A stretch of 64,000 nucleotides of DNA, from positions 159,339 to 223,338 of the forward strand of contig JADHVF010000001.1 of the NCBI GenBank assembly GCA_016784145.1. The letters run 5' to 3'. Under the pieces are notes generated by a model, which did not search any database, was not told where the DNA came from, and was given only the letters and a program-made list of their open reading frames with translations. Within the stretch, counting starts at the first letter, position 1. Each line of letters opens with the position of its first letter. Position numbers and translations under genes: made by a program. The stretch comes from Patescibacteria group bacterium (GTDB lineage Bacteria > Patescibacteriota > Patescibacteriia > UBA2591 > UBA6264). Below, piece after piece: positions 17,568-26,605 of this stretch.

Positions 17568-17664
17568 ATATAAAACAAAAAGTCAAACAGAGATTGATTT
17601 ATGAAGCTTGAGATAACAACCCCACTATCGCTACAAAAAGCTTTGGCAAAGTAAAAGTGAAACT

Positions 17665-17752
17665 TGGCGGAGAGGAAGGGATTCGAACCCTTGATACCTT
17701 GCGGTATACTGCCTTTCCAAGGCAGCGCAATCGGCCTCTATGCGACCTCTCC
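17665..17752 (-). tRNA. tRNA-Ser (anticodon GGA), long variable arm, CCA encoded
   Basis: Reverse complement GGAGAGGTCGCATAGAGGCC...CTGCC-TTGGAAA-GGCAG...long variable arm...GGGTTCGAATCCCTTCCTCTCCGCCA. Confidence 0.85.
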
Positions 17753-17808
17753 ATGATTTAATTCATAATAGCAAATATTTAAGTGATAAGCAATATTTAA
17801 AATATATA

Positions 17809-17837
17809 TTGACAAGATTTACATAATATGCTAAATT
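17809..17837 (+). promoter_or_regulatory. promoter TTGACA-17-TAAATT with extended -10 TG (TGcTAAATT)
   Basis: Read directly. Drives the + strand small gene 17991..18218 via a leader of about 150 nt. Confidence 0.5.
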
Positions 17838-17990
17838 ATAATTATTGTCATACTTGTTATTGATACTGACCTTTTGTAAAGGAAAATCATTTAAAAATAC
17901 ATTGACACCTAACGCAAGAAAGGAGTAATAGTATAACTAAAAATGGTTTTCAGCGCAATTACTTAATAACAAGATAAGAAGAAACTCATC

Positions 17991-18218
17991 ATGAGCGGAA
18001 TAAACAATCCCAATGACAATGGACCAGGACCAGTATACAGAACACCATGTGGCGATGGATCAATTACTGGAATCCGTGGTGGAGTAACCCATAATCATGA
18101 CTATAATGATGTTGGCATAGGCCATGTCAAAGATCAACGTAGCAATGAAATTATTGGAAACTACAATAACTTCAATGACAAAATTGATAGTCTATTACCA
18201 CCCTGGATGAAGAAATAA
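17991..18218 (+). CDS. small Gly/Asn-rich hypothetical protein (75 aa)
   Basis: ORF with its own promoter and a strong terminator (18236..18270). Confidence 0.4.
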   Translation: MSGINNPNDNGPGPVYRTPCGDGSITGIRGGVTHNHDYNDVGIGHVKDQRSNEIIGNYNNFNDKIDSLLPPWMKK

Positions 18219-18233
18219 TCCCTGGTTCTAAAA

Positions 18234-18272
18234 ACAAGGGGGCTGAAAAATCGGCCCCCTTTTTTCTTTTTA
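18234..18272 (+). terminator. intrinsic terminator agggggc...gccccct-ttttttc
   Basis: GC-rich stem plus T-run. Confidence 0.75.
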
Positions 18273-18292
18273 AGAAAAAACTACTTAAAATA

Positions 18293-18330
18293 AAGCGCCC
18301 GGGCATTTTTTTGCCCGGGCTTGGTTTTTG
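18293..18330. terminator. hairpin built from two copies of the palindromic octamer GCCCGGGC separated by attttttt
   Basis: Terminator for minus-strand ORF 18333..18599. Confidence 0.55.
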
Positions 18331-18332
18331 AG

Positions 18333-18599
18333 TTAATGTGAAAACTCAACTATAAATGTTCTACCATCTATAATTATTACTCCTCCATTTTTAATAACGT
18401 CTGAACAAATGCTCATTGGAATCTCTTTTATTTCACCATTTTTTCTTGCACTTACCTTCATTGCGCAAATGTTATGGATGCATATTCCATCATCCCTATA
18501 ATCTATCTTTACATCGCTATTCTCTCTAAGCCATTTAAGATTTCTTTTCCCGCGACTTTCTGATAAAGTAAGGCTTCTCAAACTGTAATTTGTCATCAT
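18333..18599 (-). CDS. hypothetical protein (88 aa)
   Basis: ORF only. Confidence 0.35.
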   Translation of the reverse strand: MMTNYSLRSLTLSESRGKRNLKWLRENSDVKIDYRDDGICIHNICAMKVSARKNGEIKEIPMSICSDVIKNGGVIIIDGRTFIVEFSH

Positions 18600-18712
18600 C
18601 TATATTCTCCGTAATTAGGTTTTAATGAATTATTATTAGGCAATAAAAAATCTCATCTTATTGCCTCTTTCTATATAATCAAGATAAACAAAAAAATGAG
18701 ATTTGTCAATAC

Positions 18713-21151
18713 TTATTTCTTTAATTTTTTTTCTTTTTTCAAAACTTGTAAACTTGTTTTTACAACTGTGTCTGGGGTCAATGAAATTGAATCAATCCCC
18801 TGTTCTACTAAAAATTCAGCGAATTCTGGAAAATCACTTGGTCCTTGACCACAAATTCCGATTTTTCTATTATATTTATGAGCCGTGGTTATCATTTGAG
18901 TGACTATTCTTTTAACTGCTTTGTTTCTTTCATCAAAAAGATGAGACACCAAGCCAGAATCCCTATCAAGCCCTAATGTTAGCTGGGTTAAATCATTAGT
19001 GCCAATTGAAAAACCATCAAAAATTTTAGCAAACTCATCTCCTAAAATAACATTAGACGGAATTTCAGCCATTACATAAACCTGTAATGGTTTTAATTTT
19101 GTTTGCTTTTTACGCAAGCCATGCTTGTCAATAATGGCTAATACTTTTTTCCCTTCTTCAATAGTCCTGCAAAACGGAACCATGACAATAACATTATCTA
19201 GTCCCATTACTTGTCTCACTTTTTTAATTGCCAAACATTCAAGGTCAAAGGCTTTTTTAAATTCAGGACTATAATAACGACTAGCCCCTCGCCAACCAAT
19301 CATTGGGTTGGTTTCTTGAGGTTCAAACTCTTTCCCGCCTATTAAATTAGCATATTCATTGGTTTTAAAGTCAGAAAATCTAACTATTACTTCTTTAGGA
19401 TAAAAAGCAGCTGCAATCTTGCCAATTCCTTCTGCTAGTTTATCAACATAAAATTGGGGTTTACTAGGATAACCAGCTGTTACTTTATCAATTTGCTTTT
19501 TGACTGTTTGACTGGTTAATTTTGAATAATTAAGTAGTGCTAAGGGATGAATTTTAATATAATTGTTAATTATAAATTCTTCTCTGGCTAAACCTACTCC
19601 ATCATTTGGAATAAATGAAAGCGCAAATGCTTGTTCTGGTTCTGCCAAATTCATCATTATTTTTGTGTTTGGTTTTTTAAAATTTTTAATTTTAGTTTGT
19701 TTGATTTTATATTCTTTGATTCCTTTATACACATATCCTGTCTCCCCTTCTGCACATGAAACCGTAATAGCTTGATTTGGTTTAATTTTTTTAGTAGCGT
19801 TTCTTGTCCCCACAATACACGGAATTCCCAACTCACGAGAAATAATAGAGGCATGACACGTCCTTCCACCTGAGTTTGTCACAATTGCCTGGGCCTGTTT
19901 CATTATTGGCACCCAATCAGGATCAGTCATTTGAGTTATTAAAATTTGTCCTGGTTTAAATTTTGAAATATCTTTAACACTCTTAATCACATTTGCCTGT
20001 CCTGCTCCTATTTTTGAACCAATGGCTGTCCCGCTAACAATTGGCGTAAATTGCGACTCCATGTCTTTGTACTTTCTTTGTCCAGGAAATACCTGCCTGG
20101 TTTTTTTATTAACAAAAATATATTCTGTTAAAACATCAATCGATTTTTGAGATTGAACTGTCTCTGGTCTGGCCTGTAAGATATATAATTTTTTGTCATG
20201 CCCATCTTTTGCCCATTCCATGTCCATGGCTCGCCTATAGTGTTTTTCAATTATTACTGAATATTTGGCTAATTCTAATATTTCATCATCTGTTAATGTA
20301 AAACTTTGTTTTTCTTTTAAAGTTGGTCTGACATTTTTAACTGACTTGCCTTTTACTGTACTATAAATCATCTTCCATTCTTTGCTGCCAATTTTTTTAC
20401 TAATAATAGGCTTAAACTTATCTAGGTTTGGCTCGTAAACCATAAACTCATCTGGACTAACCTTGCCTTGAACAATATTTTCTCCCAAGCCCCAAGAAGA
20501 ATTAATAACTGTCACATCAGCAAAGCCTGATTCAGTATCACAAGAAAACATAACCCCTGAACAAGAAATGTCTGAACGAACCATTTTTTGAATACCAATT
20601 GATATGGCTACTTTTAAATGATCAAATCCTTTCGTTTGCCTATATACAATTGCCCTGTCAGTAAAAAGAGAGGCCATACATTTTTGAACTGCCTCTAATA
20701 ATTGCTTTTTTCCTTTTATATTAAGGTGAGTGTCCATTTGTCCGGCAAAGGAGGCACTAGGCATGTCTTCGGCTGTAGCAGAACTTCTAACAGCTACATC
20801 AACTGCTTGAGTATTATACTGGGCTGATAATTTTTTATAAAAAGAAACAATTTCATCTTCCAGCTTTAATGGAAGCTGGGCTGATAAAATTAATTCTCTA
20901 ATTTCCTTCCCCTTTATTCCTAATTGCTTGATGTTGGCTATGTCTAAGTTATCAAGTATTGCTTTTATTTTTGGCTTTAGCCCTGCTTGTTTTAAAAAAT
21001 CCCAATAGGCCTCAGAAGTAGTCGCAAAACCATTAGGAATTCTCACTCCTTTTGAATTTAATTTTCTATACATTTCCCCCAAAGATGCGTTTTTACCACC
21101 AACCCTAGGCACATCTTTAATAACAATATCCTTAAACCACAATACTAACAT
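18713..21151 (-). CDS. ppsA: phosphoenolpyruvate synthase (pyruvate, water dikinase)
   Basis: PEP-utilising enzyme mobile-domain signature GGRTCHASIISRELGIPCIVG. Length 812 aa, with an N-terminal ATP-grasp-like region. Confidence 0.88.
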   Translation of the reverse strand: MLVLWFKDIVIKDVPRVGGKNASLGEMYRKLNSKGVRIPNGFATTSEAYWDFLKQAGLKPKIKAILDNLDIANIKQLGIKGKEIRELILSAQLPLKLEDEIVSFYKKLSAQYNTQAVDVAVRSSATAEDMPSASFAGQMDTHLNIKGKKQLLEAVQKCMASLFTDRAIVYRQTKGFDHLKVAISIGIQKMVRSDISCSGVMFSCDTESGFADVTVINSSWGLGENIVQGKVSPDEFMVYEPNLDKFKPIISKKIGSKEWKMIYSTVKGKSVKNVRPTLKEKQSFTLTDDEILELAKYSVIIEKHYRRAMDMEWAKDGHDKKLYILQARPETVQSQKSIDVLTEYIFVNKKTRQVFPGQRKYKDMESQFTPIVSGTAIGSKIGAGQANVIKSVKDISKFKPGQILITQMTDPDWVPIMKQAQAIVTNSGGRTCHASIISRELGIPCIVGTRNATKKIKPNQAITVSCAEGETGYVYKGIKEYKIKQTKIKNFKKPNTKIMMNLAEPEQAFALSFIPNDGVGLAREEFIINNYIKIHPLALLNYSKLTSQTVKKQIDKVTAGYPSKPQFYVDKLAEGIGKIAAAFYPKEVIVRFSDFKTNEYANLIGGKEFEPQETNPMIGWRGASRYYSPEFKKAFDLECLAIKKVRQVMGLDNVIVMVPFCRTIEEGKKVLAIIDKHGLRKKQTKLKPLQVYVMAEIPSNVILGDEFAKIFDGFSIGTNDLTQLTLGLDRDSGLVSHLFDERNKAVKRIVTQMITTAHKYNRKIGICGQGPSDFPEFAEFLVEQGIDSISLTPDTVVKTSLQVLKKEKKLKK

Positions 21152-21157
21152 AATATT

Positions 21158-21517
21158 TTATAAGTTTACTTTTTTAGAGAAACCATATACTATTGGGATT
21201 TTCCATTTTTTACCAGAAATGGCGTGAGCAAAAGCAACCACAGAAAGCACTAAACATAATATCCACCCCAAAAAACCAATTACCCAACCAATAAATGGGA
21301 TTATCCAAATCAGCGTAAAGACTATCTCTGCTAAAAATAAAACCACGCCTTGCCTCAGATGAAAGCGAACATATTCACTTTTTGGTTTGATAGCCAAGAC
21401 ACCTATGGCCAAGACACCTAAATAAGAAAACCCTGCTATAATTTTAGAAGTATGTTTTGGTTTTTTAATTGCTTCAACCACTCCTTCTATTTTTTCTACA
21501 ATTTTTTCTGTTTCCAT
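21158..21517 (-). CDS. DUF4870-family membrane protein
   Basis: YLGVL...VRFHLRQG motif. Three TM helices. Confidence 0.55.
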   Translation of the reverse strand: METEKIVEKIEGVVEAIKKPKHTSKIIAGFSYLGVLAIGVLAIKPKSEYVRFHLRQGVVLFLAEIVFTLIWIIPFIGWVIGFLGWILCLVLSVVAFAHAISGKKWKIPIVYGFSKKVNL

Positions 21518-21574
21518 AATTTTATTTTATTAAAAAAAATAATTATTTAACTTTATTATACCAATTAAAATATA

Positions 21575-23218
21575 TTAAACAATAATAACAAGTGGTTTTT
21601 TGCCTGTTTTGTTTAATATAAAATCACTTAAACTTAAAGCTATTTTTTCTTTTGACTTTTTGTCTGTGCCATGTTTCTTTGTGAGCGCATTAGCTTTTTG
21701 TTTTGTTTCCATTATTATTTGCTTGTCTGCCGACAAACCAAGAAAGTTAACCTTAACATTACGCGAATTTTTCTTTTTTCCATAAGAGATTGAAACAATA
21801 CAAATGCCTGCCTCTGCCATGATTTTGCGTTGCTTTATTATTTCAGGACTTATAATCTTAATGTTTTTCCCTTCCACAACCGGAGATGTTAACGAAATTT
21901 CCTTGCTTAATATTCTGGCATTTTTAATTTCATCTATTTCAAAAATACTGCCATTTTTAAGCATAAAACAATTTGATTCCCTGATATTGTTTTGTTTAGC
22001 TAATTTAATATGAGTTGACCTCATATATGGTTCTCCGTGAACTGGAATAAAAAAATTTGGCCTAATAATTTTCAACATTTTTGATAAATCCTTACCAAAA
22101 GCATGTCCTGAACTATGAACACCTAATCCTAACATTCTTCTATAGATTATTTCTGCTCCCTGAGAAACTAATCCGTTGATAACCCTGTGAACAGATAATT
22201 CATTGCCTGGAATGGTTGAAGATGAGAAAACAACTGTATCTCCTTTTTTTATTCGCACTAACCTGTGTTCTCCTCTGGCAATATTTGACATGGCTGACCT
22301 TTCTTCGCCTTGCGCTCCCGTAGCTAGAATTAGCAAGTTTTTATCAGGAATACTTTTAATATCCTTAACTTCTTTTATTAGTCCATTGGGAATCTTTAAA
22401 AACCCTAATCTTTCCGCAATGACAATACTTTTTTTAATTGAAAATCCAACTACAACTATTTTTCTATTGTATTTTTTACAGGATTCAATTACCTGAGAAA
22501 TGCGACTTATCAAAGTTGAAAAAGTTGTAAAAATTATCCTTGATTTTGACTGTTGAACAATTGAATCAATTACTCTGCCAACTTCTTTTTCAGGAGTGGT
22601 TGTGCCATCTATATTTGCATTAGTACTATCTGCCATATATAAATCAACTCCCTGCCTACTAATTTGCTTTAATCTTTTCATATTCATTGGTGTTTGATCA
22701 GCTGGGTTTTTATCTAGCTTAAAATCACCTGTATGAAAAATACTAATAAATTTTGTTTTTATAATCAAGGCAAAACTATCTGGAATATTATGGACAACAT
22801 GAAATGGTGTAATTTCAAAAGACCCCAATGAGAATGATTGGTCATCAAGAATCTCAACCAAATTAACATTATCTATTTTAAATTCTTTTAAATAAAATCT
22901 TATGAAGCCAATCGCTAATTTGCTAGCATATATTTTTGGATTGCCTATTTCTTTTATTAAGTGATGAATTGCCCCAATGTGATCCAAGTGGCCATGGGTT
23001 ATTACCAACCCCTTAATTCGTTTTTTGTTTTTTCTTAAATAACTTATATCTGGCAGAATATAATCCACCCCTGGCATATCAGGGCCTGGAAAATCCAATC
23101 CCATGTCAACTACAACAATATCTCCAGGGACATTGTTTTCTTTTATCTGCTCAAAAACAGTACAATTCTTGCCAACTTCTTCCAATCCTCCGATTGGAAT
23201 TATTCTTAATTTTTCCAT
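21575..23218 (-). CDS. rnj: ribonuclease J
   Basis: Metallo-beta-lactamase HxHxDH (VITHGHLDHIGA), beta-CASP and C-terminal domain. Length 547 aa. Confidence 0.9.
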   Translation of the reverse strand: MEKLRIIPIGGLEEVGKNCTVFEQIKENNVPGDIVVVDMGLDFPGPDMPGVDYILPDISYLRKNKKRIKGLVITHGHLDHIGAIHHLIKEIGNPKIYASKLAIGFIRFYLKEFKIDNVNLVEILDDQSFSLGSFEITPFHVVHNIPDSFALIIKTKFISIFHTGDFKLDKNPADQTPMNMKRLKQISRQGVDLYMADSTNANIDGTTTPEKEVGRVIDSIVQQSKSRIIFTTFSTLISRISQVIESCKKYNRKIVVVGFSIKKSIVIAERLGFLKIPNGLIKEVKDIKSIPDKNLLILATGAQGEERSAMSNIARGEHRLVRIKKGDTVVFSSSTIPGNELSVHRVINGLVSQGAEIIYRRMLGLGVHSSGHAFGKDLSKMLKIIRPNFFIPVHGEPYMRSTHIKLAKQNNIRESNCFMLKNGSIFEIDEIKNARILSKEISLTSPVVEGKNIKIISPEIIKQRKIMAEAGICIVSISYGKKKNSRNVKVNFLGLSADKQIIMETKQKANALTKKHGTDKKSKEKIALSLSDFILNKTGKKPLVIIV

Positions 23219-23281
23219 AACATATCCTCATTTTTATTTTATTTACTCTGTTTACTCTATTGTTTGCTCTATTTTATTTTA

Positions 23282-23341
23282 CTTAGGGGCAAGGCCCCTA
23301 AGTGATTGATTTGTACTCTACTTAGGGGCAAGGCCGCTAAG
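23282..23341. repeat. two GC-rich palindromic elements (cttaggggc-aag-gcccctaag and cttaggggcaaggccgctaag)
   Basis: Read directly. Left boundary of the minisatellite. Confidence 0.6.
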
Positions 23342-23349
23342 TGAGATTC

Positions 23350-23531
23350 TTGATTACTAATTATTGATTATTGATTACTAATTATTGATTACTGATTATT
23401 GATTACTGATTATTGATTATTGATTCTTGATTATTGATTACTAATTATTGATTATTGATTATTGATTATTGATTACTAATTATTGATTATTGATTACTGA
23501 TTATTGATTATTGATTACTGATTATTGATTA
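23350..23531. repeat. heptanucleotide minisatellite, 26 contiguous units of TTGATTA / CTAATTA / CTGATTA (one TTGATTC)
   Basis: Parsed unit by unit: T A T T A T C T C T T' T T A T T T T A T T C T T C T. Noncoding, with TAA in every variant A unit. Lies between rnj and ORF 23612..23890. Confidence 0.8.
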
Positions 23532-23539
23532 CTACTCTA

Positions 23540-23560
23540 CTTAGGGGCAAGGCCCCTAAG
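23540..23560. repeat. GC-rich palindromic element cttaggggc-aag-gcccctaag (right boundary of minisatellite)
   Basis: Identical to the copy at 23282..23302. Confidence 0.6.
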
Positions 23561-23611
23561 TGAGGTAAAAGCCACTAAGGGATGTAATTCAGGAGAATTT
23601 TAAGAGTAGGA

Positions 23612-23890
23612 CTAGGATTTTTTGAAAGAGATGGTGGATTTTTTTAAAGCAATTTTATAAATATTCTCTATAAAATCTCCACCAGCATAACCAACTATTA
23701 AAGAAACCATGGCGGTTGATTTGAATATATAAGCTGCAAACATCCCAATAAATCCAGACAAAAATGTCATTGTTAAAAAATAAAATAAATCAAACTTTAC
23801 ATTTTTATATGAAAATTGGTGTTTTATAAAACCAACTAATCCCCTGATTACTCCTCCGCAAAAGCCTGCGATTAAAATTTGCCATTCCAT
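23612..23890 (-). CDS. small membrane protein
   Basis: Hydrophobic ORF. Confidence 0.35.
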   Translation of the reverse strand: MEWQILIAGFCGGVIRGLVGFIKHQFSYKNVKFDLFYFLTMTFLSGFIGMFAAYIFKSTAMVSLIVGYAGGDFIENIYKIALKKSTISFKKS

Positions 23891-23901
23891 AATTTTTATT
23901 T

Positions 23902-24177
23902 TTAATATTTAATACTAAAATTTTTAAAATTAACTAATTCATTCTCCCAATCAACTTCAAAATTATCTATTTTAGCAGCCCCCAGCCCTTGATTAATTAA
24001 TTGAATCAATTGCTTGATATTTTGTTCTGGTCCTTGTACTTTTACTTTAACCGACCCATCTAACTCATTTTTTACCCAACCAACCAGCCCCAGCTTTAAA
24101 GCTAATTTTTGAATATTTAAGCGAAGAAAAACTCCTTGCACAATTCCTCTAAATATAATCACTGATTGTTTGTTCAT
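23902..24177 (-). CDS. acyP: acylphosphatase
   Basis: V-x-G-x-VQGV-x-FR signature (IIFRGIVQGVFLR). Start placed at the internal MNKQ. Confidence 0.7.
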   Translation of the reverse strand: MNKQSVIIFRGIVQGVFLRLNIQKLALKLGLVGWVKNELDGSVKVKVQGPEQNIKQLIQLINQGLGAAKIDNFEVDWENELVNFKNFSIKY

Positions 24178-24715
24178 TTTTTTTATACTTAAATGGCACA
24201 CCATGGCCAGGATAAATCATCATATCTTGCCTTAAGATTAATTCCAAATATCTAAGCGACTTTTTCAGGGATTGTTCATCTCCACCTGGCAAATCAAATC
24301 TGCCATAGCCATATTCAAACAAAGTATCACCCGTAAAAATAAAGTCATCTCCTAACAAGCAAATGCTTCCCAAAGTATGACCCGGAGTATGGATTATTTT
24401 TAAAGACTGACTCCCAATTGTGATGATTTCATCATTTTTTAAAAACCTGTCTACATTAAAATCAATAAAATCTTTTTCTTGTTGATGAATTAAAACATCT
24501 GCTCCAGTAGCTTGTTTTACTTCATCACTTTTCAAAGTGTGATCAAAGTGATAATGAGTATGAATAATCTGTTTCAATGATTTGCCAGTTTTATTAATCT
24601 CATCCAAAATCCTCTTTGTTTCATCCCCTGGGTCAATAACAATTAATTCATTGCCAGATGAAAATAAATAACAATTTGCTTCAAAGCTCCCTACGACTAA
24701 TGTTTTAATTTTCAT
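24149..24715 (-). CDS. MBL-fold metallo-hydrolase (hydroxyacylglutathione hydrolase-like)
   Basis: HTHYHFDHT (HxHxDH) motif. Confidence 0.75.
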   Translation of the reverse strand: MKIKTLVVGSFEANCYLFSSGNELIVIDPGDETKRILDEINKTGKSLKQIIHTHYHFDHTLKSDEVKQATGADVLIHQQEKDFIDFNVDRFLKNDEIITIGSQSLKIIHTPGHTLGSICLLGDDFIFTGDTLFEYGYGRFDLPGGDEQSLKKSLRYLELILRQDMMIYPGHGVPFKYKKNEQTISDYI

Positions 24716-25517
24716 TTTTTAATTTAATTATAGTTATTTCAGGCGAACAATTAAACCTAATAGGCAAGGCAGCCTCTCCAATACCCTGATTAACATATAG
24801 AAACATTTTTTTGACTATAAATAATCCCCTATCATATTTGCTTCGATATATGCTTGGTATCCAAAAACTGGGCACAAATGGAATTCTCACTTGTCCACCA
24901 TGCGTATGCCCTGTCAAAATCAAATCCACTTGTTTAGATTTAATGTCTCTAAGTATTTCAGGAGAATGTGCTAAAAGTATTTTAACTGCCTGCTTGCTAA
25001 TGCCTTGGCTAGCCAATTGAAAATCGTCATGCCTGGTATGTGGGTCATCAACCCCAATCAACCAAATGGATTTATGTTTTTGCTTTAACTCCCTATTGTT
25101 ATTAATTAAAACATCTATCCCTGTTTTTTTTAATGTCTGTATAAATAAATGGACATTAATTGAGGTATTGGCATGAGAGTGATTTCCTAGTACGCAAAAA
25201 ACTTTATATTGATGTTGCTTTGCTAATCTCTGCCAAAAAGGAATAATTTCTTCCAAATGCCTTGTTTTATAATCAATAATATCTCCTGTAATAAAAATAT
25301 AATCTGGAGATATCTTTTTTAATCTTTTTAATAATTTTTTTTCTTTTCTGCCAAATCTTTTAGAATGTAAGTCACTAATTTGAACAAGTCTTGTATTAGC
25401 AAATGAATCTGGTAGATTTTTTATAGTTATTGATATTTTTTTATTTTTAAAATTATATGGCTCAAATATAAGAACATAATATAATAAAAAAAATAAAATC
25501 AATATGAATAGTATCAT
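24705..25517 (-). CDS. calcineurin-like metallophosphoesterase with N-terminal TM anchor
   Basis: GDIID and GNHSH motifs. Confidence 0.75.
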   Translation of the reverse strand: MILFILILFFLLYYVLIFEPYNFKNKKISITIKNLPDSFANTRLVQISDLHSKRFGRKEKKLLKRLKKISPDYIFITGDIIDYKTRHLEEIIPFWQRLAKQHQYKVFCVLGNHSHANTSINVHLFIQTLKKTGIDVLINNNRELKQKHKSIWLIGVDDPHTRHDDFQLASQGISKQAVKILLAHSPEILRDIKSKQVDLILTGHTHGGQVRIPFVPSFWIPSIYRSKYDRGLFIVKKMFLYVNQGIGEAALPIRFNCSPEITIIKLKNEN

Positions 25518-25555
25518 ACTTGTTTAGTTTAACAAAAATATACTATTTTATCAAG

Positions 25556-25596
25556 AAACACCCTGTAGTTTCTACAGGGTGTTTGTTTGTTTTTGC
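25556..25596. terminator. hairpin caccctgtag-tttc-tacagggtg plus T-run, overlapping the stop codon of ORF 25572..26216
   Basis: Perfect 10-bp stem. Confidence 0.5.
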
Positions 25597-26216
25597 CATG
25601 GCTTGCGTTTCTTCAAGGATTGATATTGTGGTTTGCCTTGTTCTGCAAGTTGTTGTCTGTATTTTGTTCTTTGCTTTCTATTTTTTTTCACATAAGCCAA
25701 TGCTTTTGGTGGCAACCCATAATCCCAGCTCAACCAAACTGGCTGATTATCTTTATGTTCTGATTTATTGCAACAAGACCAATAACGAGATTTTATTCCT
25801 TTTGATTTGGCAATGTTCATAAATTTATTACATTGCAAACAAATAGGTCTATGTTTAATCTTGTACATTGCAATCCAGGCCTGTCTTAAAAATGTCACCA
25901 CAAAATTCTTGGTCCTATGGATTGGATGTGAAAAATAAAGAGCATTATCTTGCTTTGAAATAACTATCCAAGCAGCATCAGACTCACGAGCTTTTTGCTC
26001 TATCATCATCCAAGTTGTCCAAGCAGTTACTTCAAGTCCATTTTTAGCAAATACAAAACCAACTTCTCTGCCTGGCCTAGAACGTGGAGCCCTTAATCTC
26101 AACCGTCTAAATGTCTGTTGAAACTCTTTAACTCCTATTTGTCTAAATCCCCATGACCTAAACTGCTGTTGCATAAACTCAAAATCACTTCTATTTGGTA
26201 ATACTTGTTTTGGCAA
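25572..26216 (-). CDS. hypothetical zinc-ribbon protein (C-x2-C...CC) with basic C-terminal tail. Local GC visibly higher than surrounding genes
   Basis: ORF of 214 aa. No recognisable family. Composition shift judged by eye (about 40% against about 28%). Confidence 0.4.
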   Translation of the reverse strand: MPKQVLPNRSDFEFMQQQFRSWGFRQIGVKEFQQTFRRLRLRAPRSRPGREVGFVFAKNGLEVTAWTTWMMIEQKARESDAAWIVISKQDNALYFSHPIHRTKNFVVTFLRQAWIAMYKIKHRPICLQCNKFMNIAKSKGIKSRYWSCCNKSEHKDNQPVWLSWDYGLPPKALAYVKKNRKQRTKYRQQLAEQGKPQYQSLKKRKPWQKQTNTL

Positions 26217-26394
26217 TTTTAGCCTCCTTTTTTAATTGTTTTCTAAAAAGAACTGTTTCCATGATAGCAAAAAAGGGCTTGTTAGTCAATCATGATGTAA
26301 CAAAAGGATATCAATTTCGTCAAAATAGATATAAGTAAAAAATATTATGAATAATAACAATCAAAAACACTATAAATGTTCTTGGAGGAATACA

Positions 26395-26517
26395 ATGATT
26401 ATGGGTAAATCCAATAATGCATACCCATTTTTATTTGTTATGGATAAAAAACAAAACTCAGGAGCATTTTTAAATTTTTGGAAAAAATTAAAGAAATTGA
26501 AAACTCGTTATTAGTAA
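26395..26517 (+). CDS. candidate 40-aa mini-ORF (MIMGKSNNAYPFLFVMDKKQNSGAFLNFWKKLKKLKTRY)
   Basis: GGAGG RBS 6 nt upstream of ATG. Followed by hairpin terminator 26543..26569. Absent from the track because it is shorter than 60 aa. Confidence 0.25.
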
Positions 26518-26539
26518 AAATTTAAAAATAAAATTAAAC

Positions 26540-26572
26540 CACCCCTGAGTCTAAAAACTCAGGGGTTTTAAA
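26540..26572 (+). terminator. hairpin cccctgagt...actcagggg-tttt in the leader of the MFS gene (candidate attenuator)
   Basis: Read directly. Ends 37 nt upstream of the MFS start codon. Confidence 0.5.
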
Positions 26573-26605
26573 TAACATAATAAACTAAAAAAAAGGAGGC
26601 CAATT

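Noticed and set aside
17058-17752. Genomic island integrated at the tRNA-Ser 3' end
   Set aside because: No integrase or recombinase gene is present, and there is no duplicated tRNA 3' segment. The nearby Fic cassette is flanked by its own A-rich repeats, not tRNA-derived att sites.
23350-23531. Possible CRISPR array
   Set aside because: Units are 7 bp and contiguous with no spacers, and no cas genes are nearby. It is a minisatellite, not a CRISPR.
25520-25822. Plus-strand 100-aa ORF overlapping the 3' end of the zinc-ribbon gene
   Set aside because: It starts inside the terminator hairpin region, is hydrophobic low-complexity, and is antisense to a better-supported ORF.
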